Source: Cyanidioschyzon merolae (lineage: Eukaryota). Taken from it: a DNA stretch of 64,000 bases. Both the position numbers and the translations under genes were made by a program. Every line of letters starts with the position of its first letter. The stretch's first letter is position 1. The stretch lies in the NCBI GenBank assembly GCA_000091205.1, contig AP006500.2; one strand, given 5' to 3'. Positions 34,201-44,163 of the stretch are shown in pieces. The notes beneath the pieces are model-generated. The model was not told the origin of the DNA. It saw only the letters and a list, made by a program, of their open reading frames with translations, and made no database searches.

Positions 34201-34313
34201 GAGCGGCGATTAAGTCCCCGCTTGGAGCAAGCCACTTGTATGGTACGGTCTGCACTGTATCAAGGCTGGACTGCCATATACCTTCGCCACGAACAATGTT
34301 CGTGGGTAATTGT
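31227..34313. repeat. Copy 2 of the 3.09 kb near-identical direct repeat
   Basis: See copy 1. It starts about 300 bp upstream of the RRM gene start and ends about 290 bp before the DUF1517 gene. Confidence 0.85.
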
Positions 34314-34605
34314 TAAACTATAATTGTGTTTCATTCATCAACATGACGGAGAATAAATCCACCAATCACATAACATGTACAAAACGTACAGACCGATTGG
34401 GCTGCAATCACCTCGGCAGGTGCGGAACGGGCACCGCATCCCCGAGGTGAGCCTGGCTCTCTGGAGCGGGCGCGCTGAGAACACCGGCCAGTAACGGGAT
34501 CACTCCCACGCGAAGCGCTTCGAAATACCAAAGAACATTCTTCGTTTCGTTGAGCGTTAAACGGCATTGCCACGTGAAATTCCTCTCGTTTGGAAGTAGA
34601 CGTTT

Positions 34606-35778
34606 TTGACTGTTATGGCTTTCGTGTGCTATCCGCTGTTTACAAGTGCAAAGTTTCGTGTCATACCCGCACACGGTCTGCATTCGAGGAGCAGCACGCT
34701 GTGGAAGGGCACTACTGCGGGACGGCATGCGGCTGGTAGGGCTCTTGTCGCCTCTTCAACAGCCCGCGGCGCTCTCACACTTCGAGGCAACGCGGCGGGC
34801 GCTCCTCGACGCCCTTTGCAACCGCTGCTTGCGAAAGGTGCGGCCGTGCTCGCGGCTTTAGCTGTTGCAATCTCTCCGCTGCTTGGTGACCCAGAAGCCG
34901 CACTTGCAGCACAGGGAGGCGGTCGGGTCGGTGGCTCGACTTTCCGGGCACCGGCGACTCGGAGCGCACCGCCTCGGAGCTATCGCGCTCCTTCCGGAGG
35001 TATTGGAGGATATTATTATAGCCCGGCACCAGTTTTGCCTTTCACGCCCTTCTACTTCGGGCCAGTGGTTGTGCCGTTTGGTTTCACCGGAATAGGGACT
35101 TTTCTTCTTGCGGCGGCATTCTTCGCGTTTGCCACACGTGCTCTAAGCTCGAATCTATCCGGTCTTGGAGTTTCTGCTGCCGCAGAGGATAGTGAACTGG
35201 CCGCAGAACAGACGACGCTGGTGAAGCTTAAGGTGGGTTTGCTCAGTACAGCTCGCGAGCTGCAACAGGAACTGGAAGAAATTGCGCTCCGCAGTAAGAC
35301 AGATTCTATTGTCGGCCTGCAGCAGGTCTTACAGGAGACAACGCTTGCGTTGTACCGAAACCCTGACTATTGGAGCTTCGGGAGCGTAAACGTGAAGCGC
35401 ACGTCGCTCTCAGAGGCAGAGGCTGCATTCAACAACGAGTCTTTCGCTGAACGCGGGAAACTTGAGAAAGAGACACTATCAAATTTTGGTGGACAGATTG
35501 ATATTCGGAAGCGGGAGGTTGCAGAACGCGACTCCACCGACATGCGAGTACCCGAGTTTATTGTGGTCACACTGATTGTTGCTGCGTCTGGCCGAGTTCC
35601 AGGCGTTCCTACAGAGATTCGAAGAAGCAGTGACATCGAGGCGGCGCTTCGGGCACTTAGCAGCATTCCGCGGGAAGCACTCCAGGGCGTGGAGGTCATC
35701 TGGTCACCTCAGTCGCGCGAGGATGCGCTTACTGAGAGCGAAATGCTCGCTGACCATCCGGAGCTGGTGCGAATATAG
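34606..35778 (+). CDS. DUF1517 family protein (FLAP1-like; cyanobacterial/plastid lineage) with transit-peptide-like N-terminus
   Basis: Gly-rich GGGRVGGSTFRAPATRSAPPRSYRAPSGGIGGYYYS, a hydrophobic segment, then VKLKVGLLSTARELQQELEEIA...LQQVLQETTLALYRNPDYWSFGSV. From memory this matches DUF1517 signature stretches. Confidence 0.65.
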   Translation: MTVMAFVCYPLFTSAKFRVIPAHGLHSRSSTLWKGTTAGRHAAGRALVASSTARGALTLRGNAAGAPRRPLQPLLAKGAAVLAALAVAISPLLGDPEAALAAQGGGRVGGSTFRAPATRSAPPRSYRAPSGGIGGYYYSPAPVLPFTPFYFGPVVVPFGFTGIGTFLLAAAFFAFATRALSSNLSGLGVSAAAEDSELAAEQTTLVKLKVGLLSTARELQQELEEIALRSKTDSIVGLQQVLQETTLALYRNPDYWSFGSVNVKRTSLSEAEAAFNNESFAERGKLEKETLSNFGGQIDIRKREVAERDSTDMRVPEFIVVTLIVAASGRVPGVPTEIRRSSDIEAALRALSSIPREALQGVEVIWSPQSREDALTESEMLADHPELVRI

Positions 35779-36404
35779 AGTGATGCGGAGTCCACCGAAT
35801 ACCAGAAACGAAGGTTCGCTCTCGGAAGGCGAAATCGTTAGAAACACGAGATCCAGCGTGGATATCGATGAGGATTTGGTTCGTCGCATATAGCAAGGTC
35901 GATACGGCGGCCCGCATCAGCAGGTCTCCTGCAACGTCATCCGTTCCATGCGCTCCGTGACATCAATGCTGTCACCTCCAGTGTCATTCCTAACTCATCG
36001 AAAGCGATACTTTAAAGCGGAAGCGCGGACCCCACAGAGTGGACGCATCTCGCTGAAACCCAGAATAGAATCGTGGGTTTGGTGCTCTGTGCATGTGGCC
36101 CACGCCCAGCGCTGAACTACGGAAATCTGGCTTGTGGACTGGTACGCAAGACCTGCGTGGCAATACGAGCGGGGCACCCATATGAAGTATCCATGTGCGT
36201 CTTGCACAGAATGCGACGTGCGACCCAAAAAGCGAGCACTCGATGGCGGCGACATATCTCCCCAGGAATTGCCCCTCTTGCCGCTCTCGATTGTTGGGTT
36301 CGCGAGAAACACCGGAACTTTTATCTTCTTTGGAAAGAGGCAAACAGTGCGCGAGAACTGAGCAGCGTTGCAAGTCTGTAGTCCATAGCTGCTGATTCAG
36401 TGCG

Positions 36405-37193
36405 TTGACAGAGGGTAATATGCTGGAAGTGGGGCGCAACGTGTTTCAGAAAGTTGTACAGAAATGCCCAACCGGTTGCGGCAGCATGCATGCGCCGCCC
36501 CAGCACCTCCAAGGCTATGGTGGCGGTTTGCCGCGGGCGTTCTGCGGATCTCAAGCCGGATCTTTGGGCTTGCGGGCAAGGCGCTTCATGTTCGTTGCAG
36601 GTAGAGTCGAGAGCGCGTTTTTCTCGCGAAAAACAACAAGGGTTTTGTCTAGACATAAGACTTCGAAAGGTAGAAATTCCAGGTGTAAAATGAGCTTTAA
36701 CGGGGGGTTTCTCGGAAAGAACGCCGTGTTCGCACAGACGATGCTTCGAATCAAGGACCCCTCAAAGTCGCGGCAGTTTTACGAAGCGCTGGGTATGAAC
36801 TTTCTGACGCGCTTCGACTTTCCGGAACTGTCATTCTCCCTCTATTTCTTCGCACTGGAGAAGGATCCAACAGTGCCGGCGGAAGATGCTCCACAACCAG
36901 AGCGGGCAAAGTGGCTTTTCTCGCGTCAGTACCCGACTCTTGAGCTTACACATAACTGGGGAACTGAGAAGGATCCGAATTTCAAGTACGCGAACGGGAA
37001 TACGGAGCCGGGTAAGGGCTACGGGCACATCGGCTTTCTCGTGGATGATCTCTACGCGAGCTGTGCTGCCGTAGAGAAAGCGGGTTATGTCGTGTCGCGG
37101 AAACCGGGACCCTTCCAGAACGTGGGCGAAATTGCTTTCGTACGGGACCCGGACGACTACTGGATTGAGTTAATCCAAAAACCCAAGTCTTGA
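36405..37193 (+). CDS. GLO1: Glyoxalase I (lactoylglutathione lyase), eukaryotic Zn-type; core starts at M 36690, upstream 95 aa may be presequence or not translated
   Basis: QTMLRIKDPSKSRQFYEALGMNFLTRFDFPELSFSLYFFALE...LELTHNWGTE...GYGHIGFLVDDLYASCAAVEKAGYVV...IAFVRDPDDYWIELI aligns closely with human GLO1. Confidence 0.85.
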   Translation: MTEGNMLEVGRNVFQKVVQKCPTGCGSMHAPPQHLQGYGGGLPRAFCGSQAGSLGLRARRFMFVAGRVESAFFSRKTTRVLSRHKTSKGRNSRCKMSFNGGFLGKNAVFAQTMLRIKDPSKSRQFYEALGMNFLTRFDFPELSFSLYFFALEKDPTVPAEDAPQPERAKWLFSRQYPTLELTHNWGTEKDPNFKYANGNTEPGKGYGHIGFLVDDLYASCAAVEKAGYVVSRKPGPFQNVGEIAFVRDPDDYWIELIQKPKS

Positions 37194-38406
37194 GCAGAAC
37201 GTGCTCATGGATTTTAGAAGCAGGCGATGCGGACGAATGTCTGGGAGTCTCCGAAAGAGTCACTGTTTCGTCGGTGCAATGATAAGCAGCCCGTTTCAAG
37301 GTTGCCCGTATCCGGTGATTTCGGGAAAAACGCGAGTTTCCTGTCGAACTCGTCGGCTTAACGATAGAGCGGGGGAATTTTACAGGCAAACTTGGGGCCA
37401 TTGTGCTTCGGATGTAGAAGCCACGACAGCGCCGAAAAGGTCACCTCACTTGCGCTTCCACGCGGAGGCTCCTGCTCACAAAGACGCTCGGCGCGAAGCG
37501 TTGGCATTTGGATTACGAGACTGTTTGTACCTGCTCGCCGGTTCTGGCCGGATTAAACACAAATCTAAGAGAGCACTGCACAGCTATGATTCTGGTTCAC
37601 AGCTGGAGAAGAAGCAGCTTCCAGTTAGGGCGCATAGACTGGTGGCAGCGCTCACAAATTTGGGTGAGATGTGGATGGATATCGCCAGGAGTTCTCTAAA
37701 GGACTAGCATGAACGGATTGCATCTACGGCCTGGAAGTCTGGCGCATCTGGAGCGATCTGCAACCGTAAACTTCCTGCCGACACGGCAAATCAGCTTTCG
37801 TTGCTGCTATTGAGTATCCTGCATCCGCATTTTCTTGAAACTTTCACGCTTTGCAATTGCGTCGAATCCAACTTACTGGTCGAAAACAGCTCAAAACTGG
37901 GACCGACACTCGCCAAGTAGCTGCTCGGCATACATATTTGGGAAGCGAATCCATCGGCGTCGATATAGGGTTCTGATGCTGTTGCATACCAGCAACACAA
38001 GCACCTTGGCAGATGCACACGTCGCTTCGGCATCTGTTGCGTGCCACAGAGAAGTGCATATCGCCGTATGCGCATCGATTTCCAAAGATGAACGCTGAAA
38101 GACGACCGGGACTTCGGCGCGATTCACCGCACCGGAGGCTGCACAATTATAAGACGCTTTAATATTTGACATTCTACTTTCACATAAGTTTCAAACCGAG
38201 TGGTGTTCCGGGACAAGACGGGTGTTACTGGATATCGTGTTGTCCAGTTGTCAACGGATTGGTGTAAAATTTTTCTGTTACAACACAGCTGAGGCCTTTT
38301 TGCTATGCAACTGGGCGAGTAGACCGGATACGTGGCCCAATCTAAGGCTTCCTTACTCGACCCTCTGGCACTGAAAGTAAGCTGAATCCGATAAGCATCT
38401 CACAAC

Positions 38407-39660
38407 ATGAGCTGCAAAGGTGCAGCTTTTGGGTTCGCCACTCTAAATGGCTTGTCAGTTCGGAGGCATTTGTTTTGTAGGAGTTCGGCAAATCGTAGAG
38501 TCTGCGGGAAGCTTTTTACTGGTTCACAATGTCCACGTGCTCCAAGGTATTTTTTGGTGCACACTGACAAGAGTGCCGGCAACACTCCAAGTACACGAGG
38601 TTGGGAGGAATATGCGGGAAACTTTATTTTCAGGCCTCCGCACGTTATCGTAAGGCCCTCACAGCGCACAGCCTACGGGACTGGAAACGGTACACCGCTG
38701 CCACCAAAAGCTCTCGTTCACTTTCTCGGGGGTGCCTTCGTTGGAGCCGCGCCGCAGGTTGCGTATCGATGGTTTCTCGAACAGTTGGCTTTAGAGGGCT
38801 TCGTAGTAGTCGCGACGCCGTACCGACTTTCTTTCGATCACCTTTGGACGATGGATGACGTGCTCACCAGGTTTTCAGCAGCAGCGGGAATGCTCGCTCT
38901 CGATTACGGTCCCATCCCTGTTGTTGGAATCGGTCACTCCCTGGGCGCTCTCCTGCACACCCTTGGAGGCAGCTTGTTTTGCAACGCGGATGGGTACAAG
39001 GCTGCCAACGTACTGATTGCATTCAATAATCGCCGCGCGGAAGATGCGATACCTTTATTCAGAGAGTTTATCGCGCCCGTGGTTAAGACGGTTGCCCAAA
39101 CTGGTGAACTCTCTGATGTGATCGAGCGGCTCGTGATCGATGGGCCTGCGACGTTTGACACGCTGTTCGACACTGTTACAGATGTTGTGTTTCCTGGTTC
39201 TCGGGATAGTGAGCTTTTCGCCTTGGTGCGACAGTCAAGGGCGCTTGCGCAGCAGATTCCACCTTTATTTGCTGAGGTCGCTGATGGAGCTTTTGCATTC
39301 AACCCTGATCCTATCGAGGTCATGGAGGCAATTCGCACACTATACAAAGTTCGTCAAACGCTTATTGTGAGCTTCAAAAACGACATCCTCGATGACTCGC
39401 GTTCGCTTCAGAAAGCACTAGACCCTGAGCGAGGCGCTACAGTAATTCGTCTCGGCGGAACTCACTTAACCCCCTGCGCACAGGATTTCCTCGACCCACG
39501 GCTCCGGCAAAGCAGCTTTTTCTCTTCATTTACGTGCGAAAAGGATAACGACACATCCTACATACTCCGCGAAGCTATGCGCAGAATTGTGCTTCGCGAA
39601 GCAATGCTCATGAAAAACAGTGTTGTGGCGTATTTAGATCGCGCTCTCGGAATGGAATAA
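38407..39660 (+). CDS. DUF1350 family alpha/beta-hydrolase-fold protein (cyanobacteria/plastid-lineage family)
   Basis: LVHFLGGAFVGAAPQVAYRWFLEQLALEGFVVVATPY...VVGIGHSLGALLH resembles the DUF1350 core. N-terminal extension is present. Confidence 0.55.
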   Translation: MSCKGAAFGFATLNGLSVRRHLFCRSSANRRVCGKLFTGSQCPRAPRYFLVHTDKSAGNTPSTRGWEEYAGNFIFRPPHVIVRPSQRTAYGTGNGTPLPPKALVHFLGGAFVGAAPQVAYRWFLEQLALEGFVVVATPYRLSFDHLWTMDDVLTRFSAAAGMLALDYGPIPVVGIGHSLGALLHTLGGSLFCNADGYKAANVLIAFNNRRAEDAIPLFREFIAPVVKTVAQTGELSDVIERLVIDGPATFDTLFDTVTDVVFPGSRDSELFALVRQSRALAQQIPPLFAEVADGAFAFNPDPIEVMEAIRTLYKVRQTLIVSFKNDILDDSRSLQKALDPERGATVIRLGGTHLTPCAQDFLDPRLRQSSFFSSFTCEKDNDTSYILREAMRRIVLREAMLMKNSVVAYLDRALGME

Positions 39661-39769
39661 CACACACCACAGAATCCGGCGCAGTTGGGTTTAAATCGAA
39701 ATCATTTGTGCGAATTTGCGCGCAGTGCTCTGATCAATTTCGCACGCGAATTTGGGTTGATTTCTGTGA

Positions 39770-41965
39770 CTAATCTTCCTCTTCAGCTTCAGATAGCCAT
39801 TTCAAAAATGGACCTAGTTCGGTTAAAAGTTCCCCAGCCGCTGCTTCTGGAATTCCAAGTCGTGCCGCTATGAATCCTTCGCCCCGCCCTGTCCATTCAG
39901 TGATTGTAGTTTCCGTAACAATATCCGCTTCATAGAGCATCTGCACAACATATGAAAAAAAATTCTTCGGGACCTGATGCGTTGTGCTGAATGACGCACT
40001 GCAATCTAGAATCCGCATTTGAGCCTCTTTTGAGGAAGCAAAACGCTGGATGAGGGTTTTCCATCGATTCAGATATGTGTGGAGCAGACTCACGGATTGA
40101 GAGCCAGAGTAACTTGCTCGTGTAAGCGACTCCTTCGCAAGTGTCAGTACAACGTTCCCGCTAATATCTTCCGGTGTTTGATCGTAGGCAAGTCTTAGGC
40201 TACTTAGTTCAACGGCCGTATCGTCCACTGAGCTATCGTTATGGAGTGCGCGCAAAACAGTGTCTACTAGCTCACTTGTGAAAGCTTGGTCTGTATTTGT
40301 TTGCCGAACAAATCCAGTCGGACTCAATGAACTGCATTCATCCGCGAACGAATTCATTGATTCTGATTCAGGAGATGAACTTGCTATCGACTCAAAGTCA
40401 TCCCCAACACCCCCAACAGTTTCGAAGAGACTTTTCCTGTCGTGCGAAAATCTTTGCTCGGTGCTATATGTTAACTTATTGTGCGCGTCAGTAACTCCAA
40501 TGTGCTTTGTTTCGTTTCCCGTGTTCGACGAACATCCAAAAGAAAAAGTCGGCGTCTCAGCCTCGTCCAGCCCTCCAAATACGTCTTCTGTGTTCGTGCT
40601 ACCATTTGTAGTTTCGTTTTCGGGTTCTACGACACCAACCTCTTCTCCAACTCTCAAGGAGTCACGACTCGCTTTGAAGACAGCTCTGCCTTCACGTATA
40701 TGGGTGCACTCAGGAAGCACAACGTCAGGGCCGATGACACAGCCTCCATCGATGCGAGAGCCCTGCATGATCCTCGTATTTCTACCAACAATCGCATCTC
40801 TGACTACACATCCTTTCTCAATCACACACCCATCCAAAATTACAACATTTTCAAGGACGCACTGCTCTGATATATGGACTCCTCCGGATATGATGCAGTC
40901 AGTGACTCGCGAATCCACAGATACAACTGCATCCTCTGCCGCAAATGATTCGCCAGAATCAAACACGGCAGTATGGCGTGATATCTCAGCGAGAAGTTTT
41001 GCGCCAGGTCCACGGGTGGCTATTCTCCGGAACGGTGGGCATCTTCGCTCGTAATTAGCCAATAGATCCGGATCACCAAGCCAGCCATGCACGAAGTCTC
41101 TCACCACTTGGTAATACGACGCTATGCCGTGCAACTGTCGGCAGTACTCTCCCCTGTCCGCTATATCTAAGAAAAACGACTTGTTCCCAGAAATTTCATT
41201 TGAGTCCGAGTCAAGCTTATTTTTCATGTAATCACGCAGCTCTTCGTAATCAAAGTTTTCTCTGAATTCGGTGAGCACCTCGGGAGAAAGGATGTCGCAA
41301 CAGCAATCAACAATGCCCCGAATAAGTTGCAAATGATCCCTTCCACTCCATGAAAGATCACTAACCGTTACATACGTCCCGCATTCGTCTAGGTTGCGGT
41401 AGAGAAGCAGCTGCTTCGTCTCTTCGTCGATACCAACAAGCACCTCACCAGAAAAGGTCGCTTTGTTTTCCCCGCGATGTCGTTTGAAGAACAGACAAGT
41501 TGACGTCCACGACGGATCCTTTTCATGACGATACCGATGCTCCTCCGCGATTCGAGCGAAGTTAACCCGGAACACGGAAAAGACGTTGACCACAACGAAC
41601 TCGCCCTTTGGCCGGAGATCTTCATTGGTGTCGATGTCTCGCAAGATTTCCCCAACACTGGCAAAGGAGCGTGTTCCTCCACCGAGGAGAGTGACTCGGG
41701 AACGTATGCGGGGCGAACGCAGCGACTCGTTCAAAAAATTTCTAATAACTAGGGCAGACGAGACGCTGTCGTCAATGACGCCCACGAGAATGTCGCTCAC
41801 ACCTCCACGATCAAGTTGGAACAGAGCGTGCTCCAGCAAAGTCATGTTACACAGCGGCAGCAAACACGCGGGCCTTTCCCGCTCAACGAGGGGAAAGAGC
41901 TCATTTTCTTTCCTAGAGTCTACAACGAGTAGAGCTATGAGGCTTTCTGTATTTACTTTCTTCAT
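39770..41965 (-). CDS. EIF2B5: Translation initiation factor eIF2B epsilon subunit-like (nucleotidyltransferase fold, hexapeptide repeats, C-terminal W2 domain)
   Basis: N-terminal NTP-transferase-like LIALLVVDSRKENELFPLVERERPACLLPLCNMTLLEHALFQL. Central isoleucine-patch repeats IISGGVHISEQCVLENVVILDGCVIEKGCVVRDAIVGRNTRI. Acidic/aromatic C-terminus ...LGPFLKWLSEAEEED. Confidence 0.7.
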   Translation of the reverse strand: MKKVNTESLIALLVVDSRKENELFPLVERERPACLLPLCNMTLLEHALFQLDRGGVSDILVGVIDDSVSSALVIRNFLNESLRSPRIRSRVTLLGGGTRSFASVGEILRDIDTNEDLRPKGEFVVVNVFSVFRVNFARIAEEHRYRHEKDPSWTSTCLFFKRHRGENKATFSGEVLVGIDEETKQLLLYRNLDECGTYVTVSDLSWSGRDHLQLIRGIVDCCCDILSPEVLTEFRENFDYEELRDYMKNKLDSDSNEISGNKSFFLDIADRGEYCRQLHGIASYYQVVRDFVHGWLGDPDLLANYERRCPPFRRIATRGPGAKLLAEISRHTAVFDSGESFAAEDAVVSVDSRVTDCIISGGVHISEQCVLENVVILDGCVIEKGCVVRDAIVGRNTRIMQGSRIDGGCVIGPDVVLPECTHIREGRAVFKASRDSLRVGEEVGVVEPENETTNGSTNTEDVFGGLDEAETPTFSFGCSSNTGNETKHIGVTDAHNKLTYSTEQRFSHDRKSLFETVGGVGDDFESIASSSPESESMNSFADECSSLSPTGFVRQTNTDQAFTSELVDTVLRALHNDSSVDDTAVELSSLRLAYDQTPEDISGNVVLTLAKESLTRASYSGSQSVSLLHTYLNRWKTLIQRFASSKEAQMRILDCSASFSTTHQVPKNFFSYVVQMLYEADIVTETTITEWTGRGEGFIAARLGIPEAAAGELLTELGPFLKWLSEAEEED

Positions 41966-44163
41966 CAGTTGTGTAGAGCGCTGGCCCAGCGTTGTCTGTT
42001 ACTCGTTCCTGACACGTGCTGAGGAGACCGTGTGTGTCTTAAAATAATTTATATCTTGCTGTTCTGCGTCGCCTAATGATAATCACGGCAGATTCTGGAA
42101 AATTTCGACGGCATGTATTCCAGAAAGTATCTGAAGTATGGTGTTAGTCGGTATTTAGGAAATTTTGTTCGAGAGTAGACTGACATTCATCAGGGTAAAG
42201 TCCAGGAGGAGAAATGGTATGCCTGCGAAACGAATCCGATTAGCCGCAAACCGCAACGCTTTTCTGAGTCTCAGTAATCACCAGACGGATCATTATGCAC
42301 TTTAGAGGTATTGCAATACAACTCGGTGCTTGTTTTTGGGCTGCTCCGGATTCTGGAATCAAATATCGTTCCTCACACGAAAACAACGCTAGGATTCTGG
42401 GCTTAGACACGCTTATCTACACAGGGATTTACAAATACCGCCCATTTTGATGACTTTTCGCAACCCAAAGCAGGTAATAGGCTTTTTCCAGGATTTTCGG
42501 AGGCAGCATTCACTGAAACGAGGAGTGCAGTTGGGAATTTGGTGCGCCAGAAACTGCCATTTTGCGCGCTCACTGGCCGGCACGTTAGCGGCGGAACAGC
42601 CCTGGTAGCCGCATACACTGCGGCCCAGAGCGTTCGATCCACGCACTGACTGCGCGTGAGCGTATCGGGTTACTCTTCGCCGACGGGAGCGTGCCTTAGA
42701 ATGCATGCGTATACATGTCCGTCGTGGAGCATTCACAATCCTCTTCCGAAGGGGACTCTCGACGGATGCGGGTTGGCATCATCCACTCCCTCCAGCCTCG
42801 AATTGACGTCTGTTTGGCACAGCAAAGCCGTTCTCTCTCAATGCGACGACTGCCTCAAAGGTGGATCCAGCATCGCAGCAAATGCCCACTGTAGCTCCAA
42901 CATATGAGCGGATTCTAGATTGATCTAATCAGCATCCACGACGAGCAGCCTCTCCAAAGGTCAGTCGAGGTAGCCGATTCTGGAAAAGATCACCATGCAC
43001 CCCTCAGGTTACCGACAGCAGTCGTGCATTTAGCGGATTCCTGTTAGATTCACGGATCTGACTCTATAGCACAAAGCATATCGCCCATATATCTCGCAGA
43101 CGACAGCGGTCGTGCGTCGACTGGATTTCCTTCAGATTCTCATACCCGGCACCGTAGAAAAAAGGAATCTGCTTTCTTTCTGGTTATCGACAACAGACCT
43201 ATGTCCACAGAATTCCGGTCAGAATCATGGGACATGCACAACTAAAATCGAATAGCCAGTTCGTGAGCATCCACGACAAATGCATGGCGCTGAAGCAACC
43301 GCCTGTAAGCAGACACGCTGGCGTTTCAGCCAGCAGCAGCCGATACCGTGCGATCGGCTTGGCATCTCCTTCTCGACACGCTTATGGCAGGAGGACCCCA
43401 TCAGCGTCGATGCCAGATGATCGCCTTTCATTTCTGAGTGCAGGTGCACGTGTGGATCGCCTGTTCGCGTCCCCGTGCGGTACCATACTTCCAAAACAGT
43501 CCGCCAACATACAGAGTTTGTGAGTTCACTGAAAGCCATGCAGCCATTTCCTCCAAACGATTGGAGTTGCCGTTTTTACGATAATCATACGCTCGTTTTC
43601 GTTTACTAACCGCTTGATGCTAGGACGAAAATCTATCCATTCGGAACGAACAAAGTCCATTGAGGTATTTTGCACGCCTCAGGCAAGAATCCTGTTGCTC
43701 GCCACAGATCGCCATCGTCTGGCGGTCTATCACTTCATCAATCCAAAGATTCTGGCACTTACAGCTATTAGGAGCATAGATCATTATTCTCAGCCCCCAA
43801 ACCAGTTCTTTTGGTGGTACACGAGGTGCCCTGGTACGACACCCAGTCGAGCGCAACGTCCGCGGCCGCTACGTGGACCGGTGCCAAGCATCTACCCCGA
43901 CGCACGTCGTCCTTCGTGTGCGAGCAGTAGAGGCAAATCCTGGACAGTGCACTGCACGCTCGCACTGAAATGGCCCCCTCCCCAAACGATACTTGCAAAC
44001 GACTGCTGTGCGGACAGAGAAATCCCACCACGCAGTGCTGCAGAGAAAATGGATAAACCGGCGACAATGGATCGGTTTCAGAGAGCAGCTCCCCGAGGCT
44101 GCTCTGCTCCGACGCTGTCAAGCAATCGACGACGCATGCCAGCGTACATGCAGGTAGCGATTC

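Noticed and set aside
7345-34313. Interpreting the two 3.1 kb direct repeats as LTRs of one giant LTR retrotransposon
   Set aside because: The 21 kb between them consists of ordinary host genes and other elements. There is no gag/pol or RT/IN-like ORF anywhere in the window.
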